Origin: an uncultured Nitrososphaera sp.
GTDB taxonomy: Archaea; Thermoproteota; Nitrososphaeria; Nitrososphaerales; Nitrososphaeraceae
Direction: 5' to 3'
Length of the DNA stretch: 64,000 bases
Assembly (NCBI GenBank): GCA_964464395.1
Contig: CAYXFY010000001.1
Location: 77,918 to 141,917 of the forward strand
The notes beneath the pieces are model-generated. The model was given only the letters and a program-made list of their open reading frames with translations. It had not been told where the DNA came from and did not search any database. This document shows, piece after piece, positions 25,217 through 32,410 of this stretch (within the stretch, counting starts at the first letter, position 1; the number at the start of each line of letters is the position of its first letter). The translations under genes were made by a program, and so were the position numbers.

Positions 25217-25752
25217 AAGCCAAAGTCGCCGCCGAAATCGCCGAAATCTCCGCCGCCGTCTTCAAAGCCGCCCGCTCCGCCGTCTGCTCCCACGTCGGCG
25301 CCGGCGTCGCTTGCGGCCGCGCTTTCTGCCGGGGTCATGGCGGCACCCATGAACGACATCATGGACATGAAGAACATGGCGTTCATGATGCCGGAAAAGA
25401 GCATGAACGGGATCCACATCCTGTCTGACTGCATCTGGTTCTGCAGCTGCTGCATCTGGCCGTTGGAGTACCACTGCTGGAACTGCTGGAACTTTTTCTC
25501 AAGCTCCTGCTTCTTTGCTGCAAGCATGCGCATGCCGGTCTCTGTTATCTGGAACTCCTCCTTCTTGCCCCCAAGAAAGCCCTTCTTTTCCACAATGACT
25601 ATGAGCCGCTGCGCGGCAAGGTCGTTTATCACTCCGTCCACGACGTTCTTGTCAAGCCTCGTGGCCTTGATTATCTTGCCAAACGTCTTCATCCCCCTCG
25701 AGATTGCATCGAGCACCATGAAGTGGTTGGGGCTATCGTTTACCGACGACAT
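25213..25752 (-). CDS. Winged-helix protein with coiled coil, TM segment and Gly/Asp/Phe-rich tail
   Basis: 179 aa. wHTH-like N-terminus, Q-rich helix, hydrophobic MWIPFMLFSGIMNAMFFMSMMSFMGAAM, and tail GGFEDGGGDFGDFGGDFGF. Confidence 0.6.
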   Translation of the reverse strand: MSSVNDSPNHFMVLDAISRGMKTFGKIIKATRLDKNVVDGVINDLAAQRLIVIVEKKGFLGGKKEEFQITETGMRMLAAKKQELEKKFQQFQQWYSNGQMQQLQNQMQSDRMWIPFMLFSGIMNAMFFMSMMSFMGAAMTPAESAAASDAGADVGADGGAGGFEDGGGDFGDFGGDFGF

Positions 25753-25782
25753 GGGGATATTTCCGCCAGAATAGGATTTAAG

Positions 25783-26355
25783 TCATTTGTCAGATTCGTG
25801 GTGCTGAATCGCCCTGTAGAGGGCCACCATGGACGCGGCGTTCAGTATCCTGCCTTTGAGGAGCATCTTCTTTATTTTTTCAACCGGGACGAACTCGATT
25901 TTCGATATCTTTTCCATCCTGCCCAGCCTCTGCCTGCCCGACTTTTCGATGCCGTAGGCGGCAAAGACGTTGCCCACCTGGGCAAACATCGAGTAGTCGA
26001 GCGTGTACGAGCCTATGTTGACCATCTTTTTTGCCCTGTAGCCTGTCTCCTCCTCAAGCTCGCGGACCGCCGCCTGCCTTGCAGTCTCGCCCCTGTCGAT
26101 AAAGCCCGAGGGCACCTCCACCTGCCACGAGTCGACTAGGTGCCGGTAGCTCTTGATTGTAAGTATCCTGCCGTCATCTGAAAACGGCACTATCGTGCAA
26201 TAGTCGGGGCGCCGGGCTCGGATGTAGACCTTCTTTGCGCCGGCAAGGTCCAGCACGTCTTCGTAGACTGTCAGGTAATGGTGGTCGTACACTTTTTTTG
26301 ATGATTGTAGTCTCCACCCTGCAGGCGCGTTTTTCACGCTGTTGTGCAGCACCAT
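25783..26355 (-). CDS. NUDIX hydrolase (ADP-ribose pyrophosphatase-like)
   Basis: 190 aa. Nudix box GFIDRGETARQAAVRELEEETGY. Confidence 0.88.
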   Translation of the reverse strand: MVLHNSVKNAPAGWRLQSSKKVYDHHYLTVYEDVLDLAGAKKVYIRARRPDYCTIVPFSDDGRILTIKSYRHLVDSWQVEVPSGFIDRGETARQAAVRELEEETGYRAKKMVNIGSYTLDYSMFAQVGNVFAAYGIEKSGRQRLGRMEKISKIEFVPVEKIKKMLLKGRILNAASMVALYRAIQHHESDK

Positions 26356-26361
26356 ACGGGA

Positions 26362-26544
26362 TTAAAAGATCTCGCCCTTGTCCTTCCTTACCCCGCCAAG
26401 CCCTGTCTTGACCTTCGTCGCGCACTCTAAGCAGACCCCCGGCGAGAACGGAAAGTCTCTGGTGCACTTTTTGCACACCGGCCTGCCGCAGTCAGAGCAT
26501 TCAAGAGTCGCCGTCCTGGTGTCGCATATGTAGCACAGGGTCAT
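26362..26544 (-). CDS. Small B-box-like zinc-finger protein (60 aa)
   Basis: MTLCYICDTRTATLECSDCGRPVCKKCTRDFPFSPGVCLECATKV. The longer ORF-track version (to 26700) has an implausible N-terminal extension. Confidence 0.5.
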   Translation of the reverse strand: MTLCYICDTRTATLECSDCGRPVCKKCTRDFPFSPGVCLECATKVKTGLGGVRKDKGEIF

Positions 26545-26612
26545 GCCACTATTGCGGCAAAGTGGCGTAAAAAGATTCGGCGCAAGCGTTAAATCTGAAA
26601 GGGCGGGCAATT

Positions 26613-27758
26613 GTGCAGATGCGAGCCGGAAGGCCGGGGCACATTTTCGCCTGCACGGGCAAGACTGAGCGTGAGTGCCTTGACCGCATGCTCTTTGCAT
26701 CAGGCAAGCTGTACGGCGACCGCGTGCTTGCGGTCAAAAAGGGCGACCCGCTGTTCCTGATAAATCTGGACACCGACACTATACACGGCGGGTTTTTCGC
26801 AAAATCAGACGGCAGAAAGGACATCGAGCCTGAAGCCTGGAAGGGTCGGTACCCGTACCAGGTGAGAGTCATGAAAAACGGCGCCGTGTATTCGACAAAG
26901 GGCGCAAAGAAGATGCTTGCCAAAATGGGCCTTTCGTGGCGGGACACGCTCGAGCCTGCTGCTGCAAGCGCTCTTGCGTCATATATCAAAAACCCCGACA
27001 GCACGATAGCCTCGTTCAAGAAAGAGGACGACAAACCCCGCCTCGAGTCAACGACGCTGTGGGACTATCCACGGCAGAGCTACGGCAAGACGCCCAAGGG
27101 CGACAACAAGTACGCCGGCGTCACGCCGGCGTTTGCCATCTACAACATGATAAAACGCTATACGGAACCCGGAGATCTTGTCCTCGACCCTATGGCCGGG
27201 AGCGGCACCACACTTGACGTCTGCAAAGAGGAGGGCAGGCGGTGCAAGGCGTTTGACGTAAACCCCGTAAGGCCCGAGATAGTCCGAAACGACGCGCGGA
27301 GAATCCCGCTGCAGGACGAGAGCGTTGACATGGTCTTTATCGACTCGCCGTACGGCGACAACATCGACTACAACGACCAGCCGGCCAATATCGGCATGAT
27401 CTCGGCGGAGACCGACGAGTTCTACGACGAGCTGGAAAAAGTGATGGTAGAGTGCAGACGCGTGATGAAGCCCGGCAAGGTGATAGGCTGGGTCATCGGC
27501 GACCAGTGGGTGAAAAAAAAATTCACGCCTGTTGGGTTTATGGTGTACGAGCGGCTTGCCCGGCACTTTGAGCCTGTAGACATCATCAGTCTTGTCAGGC
27601 GCGGCCAGACGTCCAACACCGGCGTCTGGCATTCGCGGGCCCTGCGCTTCAACTTTTACCTCCGGGGATTCAAATACCTGTTCATAATGAGAAAGCCCGA
27701 CGGCAGCGCGCCGGCAAAGAAGGGTAAGGTCAGCTGGACGCAGTACGCCAGACAGTAA
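26613..27758 (+). CDS. DCD/PUA-like domain fused to a SAM-dependent amino (N6/N4 or N2) methyltransferase
   Basis: 381 aa. N-terminus GHIFACTGKTERECLDRMLFASG...PLFLINLDTDTIHGGFFAKSDG...EAWKGRYPYQVRV matches DCD-domain motifs. C-terminal half has motif I VLDPMAGSGTT and motif IV FIDSPYG. Confidence 0.8.
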   Translation: MQMRAGRPGHIFACTGKTERECLDRMLFASGKLYGDRVLAVKKGDPLFLINLDTDTIHGGFFAKSDGRKDIEPEAWKGRYPYQVRVMKNGAVYSTKGAKKMLAKMGLSWRDTLEPAAASALASYIKNPDSTIASFKKEDDKPRLESTTLWDYPRQSYGKTPKGDNKYAGVTPAFAIYNMIKRYTEPGDLVLDPMAGSGTTLDVCKEEGRRCKAFDVNPVRPEIVRNDARRIPLQDESVDMVFIDSPYGDNIDYNDQPANIGMISAETDEFYDELEKVMVECRRVMKPGKVIGWVIGDQWVKKKFTPVGFMVYERLARHFEPVDIISLVRRGQTSNTGVWHSRALRFNFYLRGFKYLFIMRKPDGSAPAKKGKVSWTQYARQ

Positions 27759-27783
27759 TCAAGATATTATCCCTCAAGCGTAG

Positions 27784-28716
27784 TTGCGTGGGTTGCGCGC
27801 AATAGTACTGGCACTCGCCGCGGTCATTGCGCTCTCTGCGCTGAGTGTGAACCGGGCGTCCGCGCAGGCGCCGGAGGAGCGCACCATAGGAGTCTACCTC
27901 ATCAACGTGGGCAAGATAGAGTTGCAAACCGGCTCGTATGACCTAGACTTTTACATCTGGTTTGCCTCCACCAACCCGGACGTTGACTTTACCAGGCAGA
28001 CGCCACGCTTTGACTTCATGAACGCGCTGCGCACCACCGTCGAGCCCTCGCGCATCGAGCCCGACTACTACGAGGCTCGGGTCAAGGGCACGTTCATCAA
28101 GAACATGGACTTCAGGCAGTACCCCTTCGACACGCAGCTTGTGACGATAGAGATAGAGGGCTTTGACACTGTCGACAAGCTGGTGTTCGTGCCGGACTAT
28201 GAGGCGACCGGCTACGACGAACTGATAAACGTGCCTGGATGGGCGCTTGGCGAAGGGCGCTCTGAGGTTGTGGAGCACCGCTACCCTGACGGCACGTACT
28301 CGCGCTACGTCTTTACGTTCACGATAGAGCGCGCTCCGCTTTCGTCTTTCCTCAAGACGATATTCCCGGTCCTGATAATAACGACAATAGCCATGCTGGC
28401 GTTCTGGATGAGCCCCACCAACTTTGCTCCGAGGATAGGCCTTGCCGCATCGACGCTCCTCGCAGCCGTCGCCGCGCACCTGAATGCCGCAAACCAGCTG
28501 CCGCCGATAGGATACCTGACGCTGATAGACAAGGTGATGATAGTCGTGTATGCCCTGTTTTTGAACAACCTGCTCTCGATGGTCATGCAGATGAGGCTCG
28601 TTGACCATAACAACAAGGACGAGGCGGTGAAGGTGAACGCCAAGATGCGTAGGCTGATGCCGGTGATAATAGTGGTCATACTGGCCGCCCTGATACCGCT
28701 TGACTATCTGATGTAA
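27784..28716 (+). CDS. Prokaryotic pentameric ligand-gated ion channel (Cys-loop receptor family) homolog
   Basis: 310 aa. Signal peptide. Beta-rich ectodomain with YDLDFYIWF and the loop signature YPFDTQ. Followed by four TM helices (M1 FLKTIFPVLIITTIAMLAFWM, M2 RIGLAASTLLAAVAAHL, M3, M4). Confidence 0.75.
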   Translation: MRGLRAIVLALAAVIALSALSVNRASAQAPEERTIGVYLINVGKIELQTGSYDLDFYIWFASTNPDVDFTRQTPRFDFMNALRTTVEPSRIEPDYYEARVKGTFIKNMDFRQYPFDTQLVTIEIEGFDTVDKLVFVPDYEATGYDELINVPGWALGEGRSEVVEHRYPDGTYSRYVFTFTIERAPLSSFLKTIFPVLIITTIAMLAFWMSPTNFAPRIGLAASTLLAAVAAHLNAANQLPPIGYLTLIDKVMIVVYALFLNNLLSMVMQMRLVDHNNKDEAVKVNAKMRRLMPVIIVVILAALIPLDYLM

Positions 28717-28749
28717 TTGTGGCAGTGTTACTGCTCACGGGTCAAGCAA

Positions 28750-28760
28750 TTTTTTATTTT
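28750..28760 (+). terminator. Oligo-T tract between convergent genes
   Basis: TTTTTTATTTT about 35 nt after the channel gene stop. It overlaps the stop of the convergent PhoU-domain gene. Confidence 0.35.
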
Positions 28761-29839
28761 GCCCTGACCGCAGTCTGCTTCTCTATCACTTCGTCTATTG
28801 TCTCGTTGAGCGCCGCTTCTGCGATGTCGCTTGCGTATTCTGCGGTCCTCCTGATGTCTTCTAGTACCAGCTTGATGCTTGCCGGATCCTTCACCCTGTC
28901 CTTCTCTATTGCTGCAACTGCCTCGTCTTCCAGCGCGCGTATCCCCTCCACCGCGTCGACCGTCCTGTCAGCAAGCTGGTAGTCGCGCCTCAACAACGAC
29001 TCGACAGAATCGCCCAGCACCGTGAGCGCAAGGTAGCTCATCTTTTCCACCTTTTGCATTGTCTCCTTTGGCAGCTTTTCCCTGAGCTTTACAGCCATCT
29101 CGGCCACGCCGCACGCGTGGTCGGCGACGCGCTCGATGCTCTTTACCGTCACCCTGTAGCTGAGGCAGTCAGAGGGGTTCTTGAGCCCCATCTCGCGCAG
29201 CACGCGGCCGTTCTGCGTCGCCATCACCAGGTTGCGCAGGACGTACAGTGAAAAGCGGTCGACCTCGTCGTCCGACTTTATCACTTCTCTTGCCAGCTCG
29301 TGGTTGAGCTCGGCAAGCGCGGTCATCGAGTCCCTATGCATCGACGAAGCTATCAGGTACATGCGCCTTATCGCCGTGTTCACGGAAAGCTCCGGCAGCG
29401 ACAGCAGCACCTGCAGGGTGATGATGTCAGACGCGTCGGCAATCATCTCCGTCCCCACCAGGTTGCGCCTGGCGACCTCCCTGACAGCATCGCGGAGCGT
29501 CGGGTTTATCCTGCCGGCCTTTAGCTTCAAATGAATGACGTTGTAGCCTGCAAGGTACATCGACACGACCTTGCGCTTGAGCGAGCTTGCGCCGTCGCCG
29601 GCCGCAATTATTGCAGTCGCTTCGGCAAGCGAGTCTGCCGGGCCGGCGCTTATGGGTACAATGGACAGCGAGTTGTCGGCCTCCCTGACAAGGGTGACTT
29701 GGTCGCCGGCCTTTACGCGCATTTCCTCTATCCACTTTTTTGGCAACGAGAGAACATAGGTGGACCTGCCGGTGAACTGGACCTTGCGGACCTCCCGGTG
29801 GTCGCCTGAAACCGCCTCCTGCCTGGTGGCCGTCTTCAA
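28754..29839 (-). CDS. AbrB/SpoVT-domain plus double PhoU-domain phosphate regulator
   Basis: 361 aa. N-terminal swapped-hairpin motif FTGRSTYVLSLPKKWIEEMRVKAGDQV, then two PhoU-like helical repeats. Confidence 0.8.
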   Translation of the reverse strand: MKTATRQEAVSGDHREVRKVQFTGRSTYVLSLPKKWIEEMRVKAGDQVTLVREADNSLSIVPISAGPADSLAEATAIIAAGDGASSLKRKVVSMYLAGYNVIHLKLKAGRINPTLRDAVREVARRNLVGTEMIADASDIITLQVLLSLPELSVNTAIRRMYLIASSMHRDSMTALAELNHELAREVIKSDDEVDRFSLYVLRNLVMATQNGRVLREMGLKNPSDCLSYRVTVKSIERVADHACGVAEMAVKLREKLPKETMQKVEKMSYLALTVLGDSVESLLRRDYQLADRTVDAVEGIRALEDEAVAAIEKDRVKDPASIKLVLEDIRRTAEYASDIAEAALNETIDEVIEKQTAVRAK

Positions 29840-29910
29840 CGCATGAGACAGGCCGCTAACGGATAAACGGTTTGCGAGAATGGACTATGGCGCGCTATGT
29901 GTTCTATATA

Positions 29911-30573
29911 CTACCGGCGGGGGCTCGACGAGCCCGTGACGATGTAGTTGACCGAGTCTCCCACGTAGCACGCGTGGTCGGCCATCCTCTCCAGGTAGCG
30001 CAGGATCAAAAGTGTCGACACGTAGCAGCGCGGGTCGCTTATCATCTCGTTGGTGCCCTTTTTCGTGCTCGGCGTTATGGCCTCGCGCAGGTGCTTCCTG
30101 TACAGAGCGTCAACCGTGTCGTCCATCCTGTACAGCTTTTCTGCCGCGGTCTTGTCGCGTGCGCGCAGGGCCTGTACGCTCTGGTGGATCATGTCGGTAG
30201 CCGTCTTGGCCATCTCCATCACCGCGGTCTTGTCGCAATGCGATATAGAGCCCATCGCCCCTATGACGTCGACGATGTCGTACGCGTACCGGCCAAAGCG
30301 TGAAAAGCCGTATGATATCTCGATGCACGACCTGATGAAGCGCAGGTCCGTAGCGACTGGCTGGTATCTTGCAATCAGCTCTACTGCAAGCTCGGTCACC
30401 TCGTCCTGCAGCACGCGCAGCTCCTCGGACCACTCGAACAACTGCGTCTTGTCGCCGCTACCCTTTTCATAAAGCTCAATGGCGGTGTCAACTGAGCGCA
30501 CCGAAAGGTCGGCCATCTTCATGATGAGGTTGCTGAGACTTCCAAGGCCGTAGTCGAGCAGGCGGGTCATCAA
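29911..30573 (-). CDS. phoU: Phosphate transport system regulator PhoU
   Basis: 220 aa with two PhoU repeats (ERMADHACYVGDSV). Confidence 0.88.
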   Translation of the reverse strand: MMTRLLDYGLGSLSNLIMKMADLSVRSVDTAIELYEKGSGDKTQLFEWSEELRVLQDEVTELAVELIARYQPVATDLRFIRSCIEISYGFSRFGRYAYDIVDVIGAMGSISHCDKTAVMEMAKTATDMIHQSVQALRARDKTAAEKLYRMDDTVDALYRKHLREAITPSTKKGTNEMISDPRCYVSTLLILRYLERMADHACYVGDSVNYIVTGSSSPRR

Positions 30574-30607
30574 GGAGACCTACAAAAAGGCGCTCTATTG
30601 TGCTTTT

Positions 30608-31486
30608 CTAACCGAACTTGCCGGATATGTAGCGCTCTGTGAGTTCCTTTTCAGGGTTTTCGAATATCTGCTTGGTCGGCCCGTACTCGACGAGCTCGCC
30701 CAGGTACATAAACGCGGTAAAGTCAGAGACGCGGGCGGCCTGCTGCATATTGTGCGTGACTATGATGACTGTCAGGTCTCTCTGCAGATCGTGTATGAGC
30801 TCCTCTATCTTTGCAGACGCAATCGGGTCGAGCGCCGACGTGGGCTCGTCCATCAAAAGAACTTCCGGCTGCATGGCAAGCGCGCGTGCGATGCAGAGGC
30901 GCTGCTGCTGGCCGCCGGACAGGCTGATTCCCGGCTTGTCGAGCTCGTCTTTCACCTCGTCCCACAGGACTGCTCCCTTGAGGCTCTCCTCGACTATCTC
31001 ATTTATCAGGCCCTTGTCGCGGATGCCGTTCAGCTTCAAGCCTGCGGCAACGTTATCGTAAATCGACATCGTCGGGAACGGGTTTGGCTTCTGGAAGACC
31101 ATCCCTATCCTGCGCTTTATCAGGACCGGATCGGTGCCCCTGCCGTAAATGTCGACATCGTCTAGAAACACGCTGCCCTCCACGCGGGCGCCAAGCGTCA
31201 TCTCGTTCATGCGGTTCAGCGAGCGGATGAGCGTGGTCTTGCCGCAGCCGGACGGCCCGATGAGCGCTGTGACCGAGTTCTCCTTGACGTCCAAGTTGAT
31301 GTCCTTGAGCGCCTGCTTGTCAAAGAACCAAGAATTGACGTGCTGGACTGAAACCTTGTAACCCGGCTTTGCCACGGCCCTGGTAAGCTGGTAATCCTGA
31401 CTGCTTAAATACTCCTCGCTTGCCATCCGCCTCTCACTTGGCGCCATGCTAGATAATAATTCCCTAAATGAACTATGTAGGCCCAT
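30608..31486 (-). CDS. pstB: Phosphate ABC transporter ATPase
   Basis: [34 protein letters not shown]. The start may be an internal Met. Confidence 0.92.
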   Translation of the reverse strand: MGLHSSFRELLSSMAPSERRMASEEYLSSQDYQLTRAVAKPGYKVSVQHVNSWFFDKQALKDINLDVKENSVTALIGPSGCGKTTLIRSLNRMNEMTLGARVEGSVFLDDVDIYGRGTDPVLIKRRIGMVFQKPNPFPTMSIYDNVAAGLKLNGIRDKGLINEIVEESLKGAVLWDEVKDELDKPGISLSGGQQQRLCIARALAMQPEVLLMDEPTSALDPIASAKIEELIHDLQRDLTVIIVTHNMQQAARVSDFTAFMYLGELVEYGPTKQIFENPEKELTERYISGKFG

Positions 31487-31501
31487 ATAGACAGCCGCCG
31501 A

Positions 31502-32410
31502 TTAGAGTCTCGGCGAGGGGACGCTCCCCCTCGTGCGCCTGAGCACCACAAACCTGAGTACCATCGAAAGCGACAGCACTATCAGTATGAGTATGAGCGC
31601 CGCGCCCCAGCCAAAGCTCTCGGCGTGCGCGTACGGGAGAGACGCCAGGCGCCATATCCTCAGCGGCAGCGCGTCGACAGGCGAGGTAAAGCCCTGGAAG
31701 AACAGGCTCGTGCCCAGAATAGTCATGATGAGGGGCGCGGTCTCGCCGGCTATCCTCGACATCGCAAGCACTATGCCCGTCAGTACGCCGCTCTTTGCGG
31801 CCATGAGCGTGATGAATATCGTGACCTTCCACTTTGGTATCCCAAGAGAGTGGCCCGCTTCGCGGACGGAGTTCGGGACGAGCTTGAGCGTTTCCTCCGT
31901 GACGCCGATGACAATCGGTATCATGATGATAGAGAGCGCGACCGCGCCGGCAATGATGTTGAACGAGCCGATTGTGACTACAAGTATGATAAAGCCGACG
32001 ATGCCTATCACTATGGACGGCAGTCCGGTCATCACGTTGTTGAAGAACCTGACTGCGCGTGCAAACTTGGTGTCGCTTGCGTACTCTGATAGGTAGATTC
32101 CCGCAAGCACGCCCACGGGCACACCTATGAGCGACGCAAACCCCACGACTAGGAGCGTGCCCTGTATAGCCGGCCCGATACCACCGCCGCCGGTGATTAT
32201 CGAGCCCTGTGGCTGCGTCAGGAACTCGGCGCTGATCGCGCCGGCGCCGTTCTTGACCACCTCGATGAGTATGCTTCCAAGAGGTATCATGGCAAGCGCC
32301 ACGCAGCCGATGGTGGCGTAGGTGAAGATCATGTTCATCAGCTTGCGCCGGGCGTTGGTCCGCTCGACGGCGTTCTGGAGTATCTTCATGCGCTCCTGGC
32401 GCTTGGACAT
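31502..32410 (-). CDS. pstA: Phosphate ABC transporter permease PstA
   Basis: Start chosen at MSKRQERMKIL (ATG 32408-32410), overlapping the upstream stop as TAATG. The ORF-track extension to 32737 is an Arg/His-rich shadow inside the upstream gene. Confidence 0.85.
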   Translation of the reverse strand: MSKRQERMKILQNAVERTNARRKLMNMIFTYATIGCVALAMIPLGSILIEVVKNGAGAISAEFLTQPQGSIITGGGGIGPAIQGTLLVVGFASLIGVPVGVLAGIYLSEYASDTKFARAVRFFNNVMTGLPSIVIGIVGFIILVVTIGSFNIIAGAVALSIIMIPIVIGVTEETLKLVPNSVREAGHSLGIPKWKVTIFITLMAAKSGVLTGIVLAMSRIAGETAPLIMTILGTSLFFQGFTSPVDALPLRIWRLASLPYAHAESFGWGAALILILIVLSLSMVLRFVVLRRTRGSVPSPRL

